Source of the DNA: Macrostomum lignano
Taxonomy: Eukaryota
Length of the DNA: 64,000 bases
Direction: 5' to 3'
NCBI GenBank assembly: GCA_002269645.1
Contig: NIVC01000070.1
Coordinates: 744,001-808,000, forward strand
The position numbers and the translations under genes were made by a program. Below the pieces are notes generated by a model. The model was not told the origin of the DNA. It worked only from the letters and a program-made list of their open reading frames with translations, and did not search any database. Each line of letters starts with the position of its first letter. Position 1 is the stretch's first letter. Shown piece by piece: positions 62,849 through 64,000 of this stretch.

Positions 62849-64000
62849 CTGGTAGGCGGCATAGTGTCGGCCCTTCTTGCTGGTAGCATCATGCAAGATC
62901 GTTATTGGTCGGTCCTCCTTTGCCCCCTGATGCAGCAGCTTCTCCATCGCGCTCGCCTTAGCTAGGCAGCTGCCAAGGCTGTAGCTCAAAGCACTGACCT
63001 GCGAACGCGACGGAAGCGCCAAGTTGCCGGCGTCGATGCCAACGAGGTCCGTGAGGACGCGTCGAATCGCTGGCTTGACGTGCTGCACAGGGACGTGGCA
63101 GTCCAGCACCAAGTGCATACAGGTGCTGATGACCTGGTTCGTGTACTGCTGTCCTCCACTCGGACGTGATGTCTTGGTGATGATGGAGCCCACACTCTGC
63201 TGTTGAAGCTTCTCGTTTGCTTCACAGATGAGGCCGTGCAAACTGCGGGTATCGGCTCTGAGCTCCTTCACTCTCTCAGTGGCGAGCTGACTTGACTTGC
63301 TACGGCTGTTGGCACGCCTCAAGCGCAGGTCACGCCTACGGCTGGCAGATGATGCAAAGGCCTGCCGCTTGGCATGCTCAGCACGCAGCTTGTCGTATCT
63401 GCCTTGTAGCCGTCTGAGACGCTGATTCCAGACGCGAATTTCAGGCCGCTTGGCTAGCTTAGCCCTCAGTCGCCGGACTTCAGCTTTCTGCTCGGCCAGG
63501 GCGGCCTTCAGCTGCGCAACTTTGGCTTTGGCCTTGTGAACTCGCAGATCAACAATGGCTGCCTCGATGCCGATCTTCTCTTCGACAGAGACACTCATGC
63601 CAGACTGCTTCGATTGGTCAAGCCTTGCTGGAGTCGGTGAGTTCGAGGCCATTGGCATTGGTGATGTTGACAAAGGCACAATCGGCATTGCCATTGGGTT
63701 CAACAGCTGTTGCAATGCCGCTGGAGGTTCGAATTCTCGTGCCAAATGGGCCTCATATGTCGAGATGCCATCACCAGACGCAGCCTCACGAGTGTGACTC
63801 TTCAGCAGAATTTGGGCTTCTCTCTCTAAATCCTTAATCCTTTTCAGGAGTGCCTTCTTCAGATTGTCAGAGACAAACTCCATCAAGTGAGAAGGTAGCC
63901 CAACCAGTTTCAGAATCGGCTGGGCCTTGTCAAGTCCTGTATGGGCCTGGCTGCTGGACTTGAGATGAGTAATCACCTGGCCATTGGTGACTGGGCGAAT
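62849..64000 (-). CDS. Transposase 5' exon (partial; coiled coil, putative HTH-like region, first D)
   Basis: Frame open to the window edge; ends HDATSKKGRHYAAYQ|GTAAAC. Confidence 0.82.

Larger units (their letters stand above)
60184..64000 (-). mobile_element. DNA transposon encoding an intact spliced DDE transposase (CxxH type, hAT-like; superfamily uncertain) with C-terminal RG repeat and Spindlin-like Tudor domain; complement(join >64000..62849,62673..61657,61540..60982,60905..60184)
   Basis: Motifs TILHDATSKKGRHY (D), LMTDRHVVNK (D), FCGMH (CxxH) and NVAVERGFGMLD (E). Three short GT-AG introns in phases 0, 0 and 1. No stops or frameshifts. Termini not identified. Confidence 0.8.

Overview
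Eukaryotic (metazoan) genomic DNA. GC-rich exons, AT-rich spacers and introns filled with 15-50 bp minisatellites and (GACA)n suggest a flatworm such as Macrostomum; this is inference from style only. I reconstructed four spliced coding units by hand, each with GT-AG introns and matching phases. (1) A + strand SPDEF/Ets98B-like ETS factor (3 exons, 8539-11613). (2) A complete - strand STIM gene (11 exons, 32249-16695, 695 aa). (3) A - strand Trio/Kalirin/UNC-73 gene (9 exons, 55012-42339, at least 2342 aa, first exon not found). (4) A - strand, intact, spliced DDE transposase (64000-60184, at least 1149 aa, 5' end outside the window). The most unusual item is the transposase C-terminus: a 13x RG repeat followed by a Spindlin-type Tudor domain with an apparently intact aromatic cage. 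About 0.6-1.4 kb beyond its stop lie two 28S rRNA-like fragments from the R2/Pokey/I-PpoI target region. Other candidates: inverted microsatellites and tandem acceptors around STIM exon 10, a recursive-splice-like STIM exon 3, a possibly inactive Trio RhoGEF2 domain, and intronic arrays that multiply TF motifs. Most long ORFs in the supplied track are repeat artefacts. All family assignments rest on remembered motifs, not database searches. Repeat boundaries and copy numbers are approximate.
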